From positions 403,710 through 467,709 of the forward strand of contig JAKAGM010000001.1 in the NCBI GenBank assembly GCA_021815445.1: a stretch of 64,000 bases of DNA, written 5' to 3'. A program made the position numbers and the translations under genes. The notes under the pieces are model-generated. The model had not been told where the DNA came from. It saw only the letters and a list, made by a program, of their open reading frames with translations, and did no database searches. This stretch comes from a bacterium. Its GTDB lineage: Bacteria > Patescibacteriota > Patescibacteriia > UBA10025. Shown here in pieces: positions 29,081 to 37,491 of this stretch (position 1 is the stretch's first letter; the number at the start of each line of letters is the position of its first letter).

Positions 29081-30706
29081 CTATTGCCAGTACTTCTTGT
29101 TTACTGATAGTTCCTTTTTCCATTCGTCGCCAATCCAGCTGAGAAAAACAGAGGGCTGTTTATAAGTTCCCGAGAAAACGCCGGTATGCATTAGGTAGCA
29201 CTGTTTTCGAGCCCTCGTGAGAGCCACAATAAACCTGCAAATCTCAAGATCTTCAATATTTCTAGCATCTTTTGGAAATTCATTAGCATGTAGTCCAACA
29301 ATAAACACATGCTGTGCCGAAAGACCTTTGCTGCCTTCAAATGATGTAAGCTTGATTGTAGGCTGACTCGAAGGGGACAACTGTACTGGATGCTCGGGTG
29401 TATCTACTTTCTCCCATTTTTCAACCTCTGATACAATATCTTCTCGGTAATCCGCTGGAATGATGCTGTACAAGGATGTATTACTCACTCCAGACTTTAT
29501 TACTACTTCATCGGCCCATGTCGGTCTCTCTGCCTCAATCATTATGCGCCAACCTAGATTTGATTTGATATTTTGCTTAATGATGCTGATCCCCTCTTCT
29601 CTTTCAATTCGCGCTGTCTCGGCTTTATCTTCCATTTCAATAATGAAGCCACTCTCTTCGAGGAAGTGACGAATCTGTCTAAGGTACTGCCGGGAACCAA
29701 TTACAAGTACCGTTGGAAATTCCTCACTCTTCGACTCTTCAATCTCATCTTTTGGAATTTTTCTGACCTGCTGAGCAATGTATCTACCAAAATAGTTCAC
29801 CCTCTCAGATTGTGCGGAGACTGTAACAACGTTCACGAAAGGGTACTTTTTACTATCAACTGCTTTTAGTGGTGGATAGAAGCGATAAGGCTTTGTTATT
29901 CTGCCCTGTAGCCAGCCATTCTTGGATGCGTGGTTAACGATGTTTTCAACTGCACCAACAATTGGTTGAGGACATCGAAGGCAAAAAGGTAAAGTCCAAA
30001 ATTCATACTCACCACTTTGTTGAAGCTGTCGAATAAAGTCGAACTTAGCTCCACGTATTTTTGCATACAGTGCCTGATCGTCATCGCCAGCGATTACTAT
30101 TGCACTTGTGCTGGCAAATAGCTTGATAAATTCAGCCTCCAGACGGTTAAAGTCTTGATATTCATCCACAATCAATGGAGTATATGACTCAAGCTTATCT
30201 CTACCGGCAAGTAGCTGATGATAGACACGATAAACTGAATCATCAAACTCCACGGCGTCGTAGTAGTTTGATCGCAGCCAGTAGAACCTGGTTTCGTCAC
30301 CATCCTGCAGGTCTCTCATGAGTTTAACAAAGTGTGGGGTTTCACCACCCTTAATCAGCTCCCAGTCTCTCTTAACCAAATGAGCCAATTTGGGAAAGTA
30401 GTAGAACTGATCAGACAGCCCAGCTCGAAACCCAGGACTCTTCCGAAGTAGGTGGTAGCAGTACCCATGAAATGTAAAAACATGCGAAAGGTGCGAAAGC
30501 TTCTTGTCTAAGTCATCCTTAAGGTTGTTGATGAAAGTTATTACAAGTCGAGACCCTGAGTTCTTGTTAGCTTTTTCAAGTAGCCCTTTAAATAGGTATG
30601 TTTTACCTGTACCCGGACCAGCAACAATCAGCTTCTTTGGATGATCGGACTTGATTATTGACTCAGTAGCCTGTCTTAACTCTTGTTCTAAGTCAATGTA
30701 GTTCAT
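29081..30706 (-). CDS. compact UvrD/PcrA-like SF1 helicase
   Basis: AGPGTGKT, TFHG, IVDEYQD, GDDDQALY, SKGL, VALTRAR. Confidence 0.9.
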   Translation of the reverse strand: MNYIDLEQELRQATESIIKSDHPKKLIVAGPGTGKTYLFKGLLEKANKNSGSRLVITFINNLKDDLDKKLSHLSHVFTFHGYCYHLLRKSPGFRAGLSDQFYYFPKLAHLVKRDWELIKGGETPHFVKLMRDLQDGDETRFYWLRSNYYDAVEFDDSVYRVYHQLLAGRDKLESYTPLIVDEYQDFNRLEAEFIKLFASTSAIVIAGDDDQALYAKIRGAKFDFIRQLQQSGEYEFWTLPFCLRCPQPIVGAVENIVNHASKNGWLQGRITKPYRFYPPLKAVDSKKYPFVNVVTVSAQSERVNYFGRYIAQQVRKIPKDEIEESKSEEFPTVLVIGSRQYLRQIRHFLEESGFIIEMEDKAETARIEREEGISIIKQNIKSNLGWRIMIEAERPTWADEVVIKSGVSNTSLYSIIPADYREDIVSEVEKWEKVDTPEHPVQLSPSSQPTIKLTSFEGSKGLSAQHVFIVGLHANEFPKDARNIEDLEICRFIVALTRARKQCYLMHTGVFSGTYKQPSVFLSWIGDEWKKELSVNKKYWQ

Positions 30707-30879
30707 AACCTGAGTGTACCACTAGCCACAAAAACTTGCAGGCACAACTGGTAATAAAAAGTCCGCCAACCATTTGTTGGTGTGGAGCTGTCTTCAAGCA
30801 GAAGGCTGAGCTGAATAGGATTTGTCAATAGCCGGAGTCGAATAGCTGGTGCACTTTACAGGACTTGAACCCTACTTTC

Positions 30880-31650
30880 CTAACTCTTCCCCTGCGGTTT
30901 CTCCTGCGACAAAAACTGCTGGATATCCTTGAGCGTCCCCATGAACTGCGCGGGGAAGATGATGGTCGAGTTTTTTTCTACGCTGATTTCGGCCATCGTC
31001 TGGAGATTCCTCAGTTGGAGGGCTATCGGGTGCGCCTGCATCACGTCGGCTGTCTCGGCGAGCTTTTGGGACGAGAGGAACTCGCCTTCCGCCGCGATAA
31101 TCTTTGCCCGCTTTTCGCGCTCGGCCTCGGCTTGCTTGGCCATGGCCCTCTGCATGCCTTCGGGGAGCTGGATGTCCTTGATCTCCACGACCGACACCTT
31201 GATCCCCCACGCTTCCGTGTGGGTGTCGAGGACTTTGGCTATTTCGCTGTTGATCGATTCGCGCTCGGTGAGGATTTCGTCCAGCTGGAACTTGCCGACG
31301 ATGTTGCGGATGGAGGTCTGGGCTATCTGGTTGATGGCGCTCATCACGTCCTCGATGGCCACGATGCTTTTCACGGCGTCTACCACTTTATAGTACGCGA
31401 CGGCTGAAACGTCCACGGAGACATTGTCTTTGGTGATGATTTTCTGCGGAGGGATGGGCAGGGTGATCGTGCGCAGGTCCACTTTCCGGAGAAGCTCGAT
31501 GTAGGGAATGATGAGGTTGAGGCCGGGCGAGCGCAGGCCGATGACGCGTCCGAAACGGAACCGCACGCCCATCTGGTATTGTTGGACGACGCGCATGCCG
31601 GGGAAGACGATGAAGACGAGGATGGCGATGAGGATGTAGAGGTAGGTCAT
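30880..31650 (-). CDS. SPFH/band 7 (stomatin-like) protein
   Basis: FRFGR, PGL..IIP, ITKDNV, WGIKV..VEIKD, MAKQAEAERE. Confidence 0.95.
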   Translation of the reverse strand: MTYLYILIAILVFIVFPGMRVVQQYQMGVRFRFGRVIGLRSPGLNLIIPYIELLRKVDLRTITLPIPPQKIITKDNVSVDVSAVAYYKVVDAVKSIVAIEDVMSAINQIAQTSIRNIVGKFQLDEILTERESINSEIAKVLDTHTEAWGIKVSVVEIKDIQLPEGMQRAMAKQAEAEREKRAKIIAAEGEFLSSQKLAETADVMQAHPIALQLRNLQTMAEISVEKNSTIIFPAQFMGTLKDIQQFLSQEKPQGKS

Positions 31651-31741
31651 AGGATTTTTGGGATGTTATAAATGGGTGAAAGTACTGTTACAGTCGCGCG
31701 ATTTGGGGGATTTGTCAAGGGAAAATCGCATCACCCACCCC

Positions 31742-31885
31742 ATTCTACCGCAGGCACGGCGGCTCGCCTCGCTAAGCCTACGGCGAAGCGGGCCTGCGGT
31801 GGGGTTCGGGGGCGAATATGTTGTACCACATTTCGAGCGCGGGCCGCCGTGCCCACGGTCGAAATGTTGGTGCCCGCGGTCGATT
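31742..31885. repeat. REP-like hairpin element related to the insert inside the Y1 transposase gene
   Basis: gcggtggggttcgggggcgaata...cgagcgcgg resembles 32608-32656 gcggtggcgattgggggcgaata...cgagcgcgg. Confidence 0.6.
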
Positions 31886-32022
31886 CGTTTTTGGGCGATC
31901 GCGGGATATGAACAAACAACCCTTGACGTGGCTCGTCTTTTTTGCAATAATTATGCCTGCTGGATATGGGTACCGTTGATGTACTCATTTGCCGATGTGT
32001 TCACCTTACAGGAGGCAATACC

Positions 32023-32208
32023 ATGGACAAAGACAATTCCCCACCAGCAGTCGATCCTTCCACCATTTCGCCTGAGCTGGCCGAAGTTCTGGCCCATCAC
32101 GGGTCATCGGCGCTCCCAAGCAAAGGGAATCTTCCCCCGGCGAAAGGATCAACCCTTCGCATCCAGTTCGACGAACGCCACAAGGGTGATTCCTGCAAGC
32201 TGCTCTAA
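32023..32208 (+). CDS. small hypothetical protein (61 aa)
   Basis: Strong SD AGGAGG, ATG, and a hairpin plus T-run at 32236-32270. Confidence 0.55.
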   Translation: MDKDNSPPAVDPSTISPELAEVLAHHGSSALPSKGNLPPAKGSTLRIQFDERHKGDSCKLL

Positions 32209-32330
32209 GGCCATCTGCCAAACGAGCGCTTGCGCGAGCCAAAGATCATGTGATCTGCGGCTCTCTTTTTATATGTAAATTATCCTATTATTTTTAATAA
32301 TTCAACATAGATGAATTTGATCGCCCGCTT

Positions 32331-32882
32331 TTACAACAACCGATTGATTTTTTTACCATCAACAAATTGATACGGAGCCATGTGGTATTTGGCGGGCAAT
32401 TCGGATTTGATAGGGTTAAATGTAATGTATTCAATAACGGTGCGGAGATATCCATCATTGTCCACGATGCGGGCGTAAAAACGGGGTTGGAGGATGGAAT
32501 ACGGGATATCATATTTCACGCGTATTTGTTTTGCGAAATACGATTTTACCGTATACATGAATTGGGAAATGGTGTAACCGGCATCCCCCACCGCGGACAC
32601 GGAGATCCGCGGTGGCGATTGGGGGCGAATACATTTACCCCCATCCCGAGCGCGGCTCTCTGCGGCCGCGCTCGCATATGTATTTTGTTTCACCAATACA
32701 TGCACATGGTCCGGCATGATTTGGTACGCCAAAATGTCGAACCGTTTTAACCGGCCCGCGTTGACCATTATTCTCCCCAAAATTTCCGCATATTCGGTAT
32801 CCTCGAATAACAACAAATCCACACGCGTACGAAACGTGACAAAATACGGATATTCATATTGATGGATGCGCCGTTGGGTCAT
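32331..32882 (-). mobile_element. Y1 HUH transposase, IS200/REP-associated (RAYT)-like
   Basis: YFVTFRT, YQIMPDHVH (HUH), KSY, QPRFY.R, EYITFNP. Confidence 0.88.
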
Positions 32883-33015
32883 AATAAACAAAACCCCCGT
32901 TCCAATCGAACGAGAAGGTGAATATACGCATTCTACTCCAATTTCGAAGAAAAATCAACAAAAAAATACCGCCGGGCTCCCAGTTCGGCGGTTTGAAATC
33001 GCGAATGAACATCTC

Positions 33016-34107
33016 TTACTTCTTCTTTTTCCCTTGAGGGCCCTTGAGACTGGCGAGTCCTACGAGAAATTGTTTCTTTGTCCCTTTGGCTATGTTGATC
33101 GTCTGGGTCCCGGGCCCCCACGCGACTGCGATCAAATCAGGATTGTAGATCCTGACGTCCCGGTAGGTCATACCCGTCCACTTGGCAACGAGGACAGCCG
33201 GTAAACTGTTCGTCACCCGAACCGTGACGGTGTCCTTTTCCACCCGCTCCCAATAGGGGCGCGTTTCGAGGACGACGCCGTACTTGCCGGGATCATCGAA
33301 GATAAGCTTGGCGGCAAGGACGCGGGGCACATAGTCCTCGGTCTCCTGGGGGAGCCAAAGTTGAAAATAGTCTTTGACGCCCTGGAATTCTATCGCCCTG
33401 GATATGCAGCCCTCCCCGCAGTTGTACGCGGCAAGCGCCAGCAGAATGTCTCCGAACTTGGCGGTGAGGTCGCGGAGGTATCTCGCCGCGCTTCGTGTGG
33501 ACTTCTCGAAGTTCCTCCGTTCATCCACGGTGCTGGTCCGCACGAGGCCGTACCGGAATCCCGTCTCCTCGATAAACTGCCACATGCCGGATGCGCTGTC
33601 GCGGGACAGAGCTCTCATGCTGAGCCCTGACTCGACGACTGCCACAAACTTGCAGTCCTCGGACATGCCCTCTTGCCTTAGGATCTCGTCGACTCTGGGA
33701 TAAATAGGGTATGCCCGTCCGTGAATCTGCTGTAGGCGGGCCTCGTTGTTGATGAGGTACATGATGGCCTCATCCAGGCGGCGTTTCGCGTCGGGAGTAT
33801 TGATCTGGATGTCGAAGCCGGCGAAATCCATGTGGTCAGGCACCGCGTAGCTGGCGATCCCGTGGCGGAACCCTTGGAACTTGGTTCTGAGCTGTCGGAG
33901 CGTGTCTTCTGTTGCTCCAAGCCTCCAATTGAGCTCTTTCCCGCAATTCCAGAGTGAATCAACTCGCGGCTGCATCATCTCGAACTTTTTCTCGAGGTCG
34001 TCGATACGGCGTCCTGTCGAGCCGCAACCGCCGGCGAGAATCGCCAAGACGATCAGTGGAATGCAAAGAGATACGTTGGAAATGGGCAATCTTTTGAACC
34101 TGGTCAC
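33016..34107 (-). CDS. MltD-like lytic transglycosylase lipoprotein (SLT domain)
   Basis: Signal ending AGGC; VVESG, GMWQF, VDERR, ALAAYNCGEG, LPQET.DYVP; SD AAGGGAGG. Confidence 0.9.
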   Translation of the reverse strand: MTRFKRLPISNVSLCIPLIVLAILAGGCGSTGRRIDDLEKKFEMMQPRVDSLWNCGKELNWRLGATEDTLRQLRTKFQGFRHGIASYAVPDHMDFAGFDIQINTPDAKRRLDEAIMYLINNEARLQQIHGRAYPIYPRVDEILRQEGMSEDCKFVAVVESGLSMRALSRDSASGMWQFIEETGFRYGLVRTSTVDERRNFEKSTRSAARYLRDLTAKFGDILLALAAYNCGEGCISRAIEFQGVKDYFQLWLPQETEDYVPRVLAAKLIFDDPGKYGVVLETRPYWERVEKDTVTVRVTNSLPAVLVAKWTGMTYRDVRIYNPDLIAVAWGPGTQTINIAKGTKKQFLVGLASLKGPQGKKKK

Positions 34108-34310
34108 GTCAGACCTCCCTTGTTATGGCGTTGTTTTTGGTTTTTTGGAAACTCTCCCACGTTATCAAATAAATGCTGCGGCCGTCAACCAGCCACAAGC
34201 TACGCGCTGGACTACTGAGTCATTTGAGTCATTTTTTGACAGATGGGAAAGATACGACTATAATCTGGCTCAGAGAAAAGAAAAATAACCCTCCAGATGA
34301 GGAGTAAACG

Positions 34311-34796
34311 ATGTTCTTTTCAGTCAAGCACGATGAGATAAACTACCTGACAACAGGAAGACGATCTGTCATCGATTTAAATGATGACATTGACCGCATC
34401 ATCGCTCGGCACGGGTTCCTCGATGGAGTGATTATCATCGAGGCATTACACACCACAGCTCGCGTTATCAAGAACGAAAACGAGCCCCAATTCCACATCG
34501 ATCTCTTCGATGAGCTTGATCGAATCGCGCCTCCCGATGGCGACTATCGGCACGACCAGATAGGTACGCTGCGCACTGTAAATGTCTGCGACGACGAGTG
34601 CGCGAACGGATGGGCCCACATCCAGGCTTGCCGATTTCCCTCATCTACCTCGGTTTCCGTACGAGGCGGAGTAGCCGTGAGAGGCAAATGGGATCGTGTC
34701 ATGCTCTTCGAATTCGATCGAGCCCGTGAGCGGTCTGTTCACTTCACTCTGATTGGGATGTCCAAGAAAGAGATCCCGCCTGTTTCCTCATCCTGA
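34311..34796 (+). CDS. yjbQ: YjbQ/UPF0047 family protein
   Basis: HTTA, NENE, YRHD, NGWAH, EFD..R.R; SD GAGGAG; terminator at 34834-34866. Confidence 0.85.
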   Translation: MFFSVKHDEINYLTTGRRSVIDLNDDIDRIIARHGFLDGVIIIEALHTTARVIKNENEPQFHIDLFDELDRIAPPDGDYRHDQIGTLRTVNVCDDECANGWAHIQACRFPSSTSVSVRGGVAVRGKWDRVMLFEFDRARERSVHFTLIGMSKKEIPPVSSS

Positions 34797-34888
34797 ACCA
34801 GAGCGCTCTCAAGAACAGACCAGCTGCTGTTTGACCCGCCCCTATCCACCGGAGCGGGCTTTTTTTAATTCTGGACATTGCCCAGAAT

Positions 34889-35016
34889 TAATCCTGAGCG
34901 AGGGGCGAAGTGAGAGAATCGAAGGATTTCGTTGATTTACATAGAGCAGAATTTAAAACCATTTTAACCCGCCATGTGTCCAATTCAGCGGGACCCTTCG
35001 ACTTCGCTCAGGGTTG
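34889..35016. repeat. palindromic element (cctgagcga...tcgaagg / ccttcgacttcgctcagg)
   Basis: Complementary arms about 80 bp apart, between two convergent terminators. Confidence 0.55.
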
Positions 35017-35066
35017 CGTGCCTGCGGCACACAAAAAAAGAGCGGAGCCGCATGGTCCGCTTGAAA

Positions 35067-35276
35067 CTACGACCGAAACTTTTGGGCATCCCGCCGGCAG
35101 GCCCGGCAGGATTTGACGTGCCGTTCAACAGCCTTGTACCATCTCCCATGTTCGGGAAGGGTACCGACAAGATACTTAGGAAGCATCGAGCCGAGAAACT
35201 CATTTGTGCAATCCGACGGAACGACGCAATCGGGTTGCGCTTGAATCTTAGCCCTTGGATATGCGCCATGATGCAC
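35067..35276 (-). CDS. stand-alone zf-HC2 (anti-sigma zinc finger)-like protein
   Basis: C....L...L..YL.G.L.......VERHVKSCRACR (HxxxCxxC); SD GGAGG at 35287-35291; terminator at 35033-35060. Confidence 0.6.
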   Translation of the reverse strand: MHHGAYPRAKIQAQPDCVVPSDCTNEFLGSMLPKYLVGTLPEHGRWYKAVERHVKSCRACRRDAQKFRS

Positions 35277-35355
35277 TCTGTCTCATCCTCCGTACCGTTC
35301 GATGTTGGTGTTTGGTGAACTATACGGTAGAGAATGAAAAAAGTAAAGGGCGGCC

Positions 35356-35420
35356 CAACGAAGAGGCGGGATTCGGAATCCCGCTACCTTGCGCATCGGC
35401 CGGATTCAGAATCCGGCCTC
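35356..35420 (-). repeat. REP-like hairpin doublet, copy 1
   Basis: gcgggattcggaatcccgc-tac and ggccggattcagaatccggcc. Confidence 0.9.
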
Positions 35421-35428
35421 ATCATAAT

Positions 35429-35460
35429 AAAAAAAGCTTCCCAAAGACTTCTTGGGAAGC
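35429..35460 (-). terminator. intrinsic terminator of purH-like gene
   Basis: gcttcccaa..ttgggaagc plus U-tract on the minus strand. Confidence 0.8.
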
Positions 35461-35499
35461 GGAACGAGCGAAAGTCGAACCCGAAAAGGTGTGAACGGC

Positions 35500-37260
35500 T
35501 TAGTGCAAGCCGAACATGCGCGCCTCAGAATCAGGCAGGTGGAGCAAGGGAACGTTTCCCGCACGGAATGCGGCAAACATGTCCTCGTCATTCACCGACC
35601 CGGTGGTCGTGAACACGACACTGGGCTTCTGCGCGGCGATGAGCTTAGGACCGTCGTCAAACGGGAAAAAGCTGTCCGAGCACCACGCGGCGCCTTCAAG
35701 CTTGTGCCCGATCCACTCAGCGAGACTGATAGCGAGCCGGACGCACTGGACACGGGCTTTCTGGTTCGTCGCGTTGACGAGCAGCATGCCGTTCTTGACC
35801 GCGCAGACCTGGTTTGAGTTGCCGGTCTGGCAGATGGCAATCGCCATGACCAGGTCCCAAACCGCCTCCGGGGTCAACTTCGTTCCCGCGTCACGTCGCA
35901 TTTCGTCGATCCGAAGGATCTTCGTGTAGTTCGGTTCAGTGAGGAATCCTCCCCGCACCATTCGGAACCGCGGAGCGGTGTCGATCGACGCGGCTGACAG
36001 GGACCGTAAGGCGGGATTGACCACGAGACGGCATTTGTCGCCTTTGCGTTTGAGCAGGGCGATCGCGGCATCGGAGAATGCGGGCGCGATGATAACATCA
36101 AGAATGCGCTTCTTTGCGGTGCCGTGCCAGAGCAGAATATTCGCCGCGGCCTCATCGATTTCGAAGGTGGCCATAATAGTGGCGCCGAAAACCGCCTGGC
36201 GGTCGCCCATGAGCATCTTGTGGAGTGCAACGTACCGGTCACCGTGCGCTCCGGCTCCACAGGAGTTGCCGTGCTTGAGGCCGAGAGCAATCTCGGGCAC
36301 AATGTTCAAGTTGACCTCGAACCCGGCCGCCATGTGTGTCGCTGTCTGCAACGCACGGTCAAGATCGCAGATGTTGTTGTAGCTGAGGTCAGCGCCTTCA
36401 ATGAGCCTGAAGTTGCTGATGGCGAGAGGGTCTTCCACTCCGGGGAACGTCCGGTAAAGCGCCGCCGGAGACTGGGGGCCGTTCTCTCCCTTGAGAGGCC
36501 TGCCGACACGTTCGCCGAAAAGCGCCGCGTAATGCCCTGCACTGTGGTACTGGGCGGCGCTGGCCAGATAATGGCCGCAGACAGCCCAGCTTTTCGACAT
36601 AAGATGCTGCATGACTTCTTCCGGCGGCCTCCCGTCCTTGAGCGACGGTGCGACATACTTGTGAAAGTCTCTCACGTTGGTCAAGACGATCCTCTGACCC
36701 TTGGCCGCGGCATGAAGGGCCAGGATCCCGCCGACGTCGGTCTCTTCAATGACCGATTCGACCGTGCTTCCTTCCCGTTTGATCTCGTCGACGAGCGGAT
36801 AGAGACCGACGAGCACGAGATCGATTCGCGGAATGCGCAGACGGGCAATCTCCGCAATATCTTCTGCAGTGCTCTTTGAAAGAAGCCCGGCCGCGATCTG
36901 GCGGGAGATGGATTTGACGCGGCCGCCGAGGATGGCGCCGCCTCCGATGAACTCCGCAATGTCAACTGCTTGAATTGAGTTCTCGCGAAGCAGCTTGACG
37001 GTCCCCGTCGTGCCGATGATGCCCCAGCCCAGAACGTTCAGGATGCCGGCGACTCCGGTGATACCCGTTTTGTCCTTTGACATAATCAGCGCAATCGGCT
37101 GATGGCGGGCGAACGGCGATTTACGCCGGGGCTTGCGCGCAGGAACAGGTCCCTCTGAGCCTGATCCAGCCTTGCGCTCATTGCCTTTGGGAGTAGCGAT
37201 AGAAACATGTGTCCCCTTACTCCCCTTTCTCCTTTGAGGTGTTGCCTTCTTGACTGGCAT
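35500..37260 (-). CDS. purH: divergent bifunctional AICAR transformylase/IMP cyclohydrolase with basic N-terminal extension
   Basis: DKTGI, GGRVK, IDLV.V.LYP, GEN..Q, LSYNN..D, KH.N.CG, SDSFFPFDDG, GSVND; SD AAAGGAAGG. Confidence 0.85.
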   Translation of the reverse strand: MPVKKATPQRRKGSKGTHVSIATPKGNERKAGSGSEGPVPARKPRRKSPFARHQPIALIMSKDKTGITGVAGILNVLGWGIIGTTGTVKLLRENSIQAVDIAEFIGGGAILGGRVKSISRQIAAGLLSKSTAEDIAEIARLRIPRIDLVLVGLYPLVDEIKREGSTVESVIEETDVGGILALHAAAKGQRIVLTNVRDFHKYVAPSLKDGRPPEEVMQHLMSKSWAVCGHYLASAAQYHSAGHYAALFGERVGRPLKGENGPQSPAALYRTFPGVEDPLAISNFRLIEGADLSYNNICDLDRALQTATHMAAGFEVNLNIVPEIALGLKHGNSCGAGAHGDRYVALHKMLMGDRQAVFGATIMATFEIDEAAANILLWHGTAKKRILDVIIAPAFSDAAIALLKRKGDKCRLVVNPALRSLSAASIDTAPRFRMVRGGFLTEPNYTKILRIDEMRRDAGTKLTPEAVWDLVMAIAICQTGNSNQVCAVKNGMLLVNATNQKARVQCVRLAISLAEWIGHKLEGAAWCSDSFFPFDDGPKLIAAQKPSVVFTTTGSVNDEDMFAAFRAGNVPLLHLPDSEARMFGLH

Positions 37261-37356
37261 CTGACCTTCCTTTCGGTTGAATGTGAATGTCCTTTGTAGC
37301 TGTTGCTTTTCGTTTTGGAAAATTACCTTAACATATTTATAGGCAGAATGAAAGAG

Positions 37357-37429
37357 CAACGAAGAGGCGGGATTCGGAATCCCGCTACAGGGCGTATCGG
37401 CCGGATTCAGAATCCGGCCTACTCACAAT
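37357..37429 (-). repeat. REP-like hairpin doublet, copy 2
   Basis: Near-identical to copy 1; both hairpins are preceded by GTAG on the minus strand. Confidence 0.9.
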
Positions 37430-37432
37430 TTT

Positions 37433-37470
37433 AAAAAAACGCCACCCACAATACGACATGTGAGTGGCAC
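37433..37470 (-). terminator. intrinsic terminator of the HAD-ECH gene
   Basis: gccactcaca...tgtgggtggc plus U-tract on the minus strand. Confidence 0.7.
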
Positions 37471-37491
37471 GGAACAAACTTCAGAGAACGA

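Noticed and set aside
31658-32278. 206-aa plus-strand ORF and overlapping short ORFs
   Set aside because: They span a promoter and a GC-rich palindromic element; only the SD-led 32023-32208 ORF has support.
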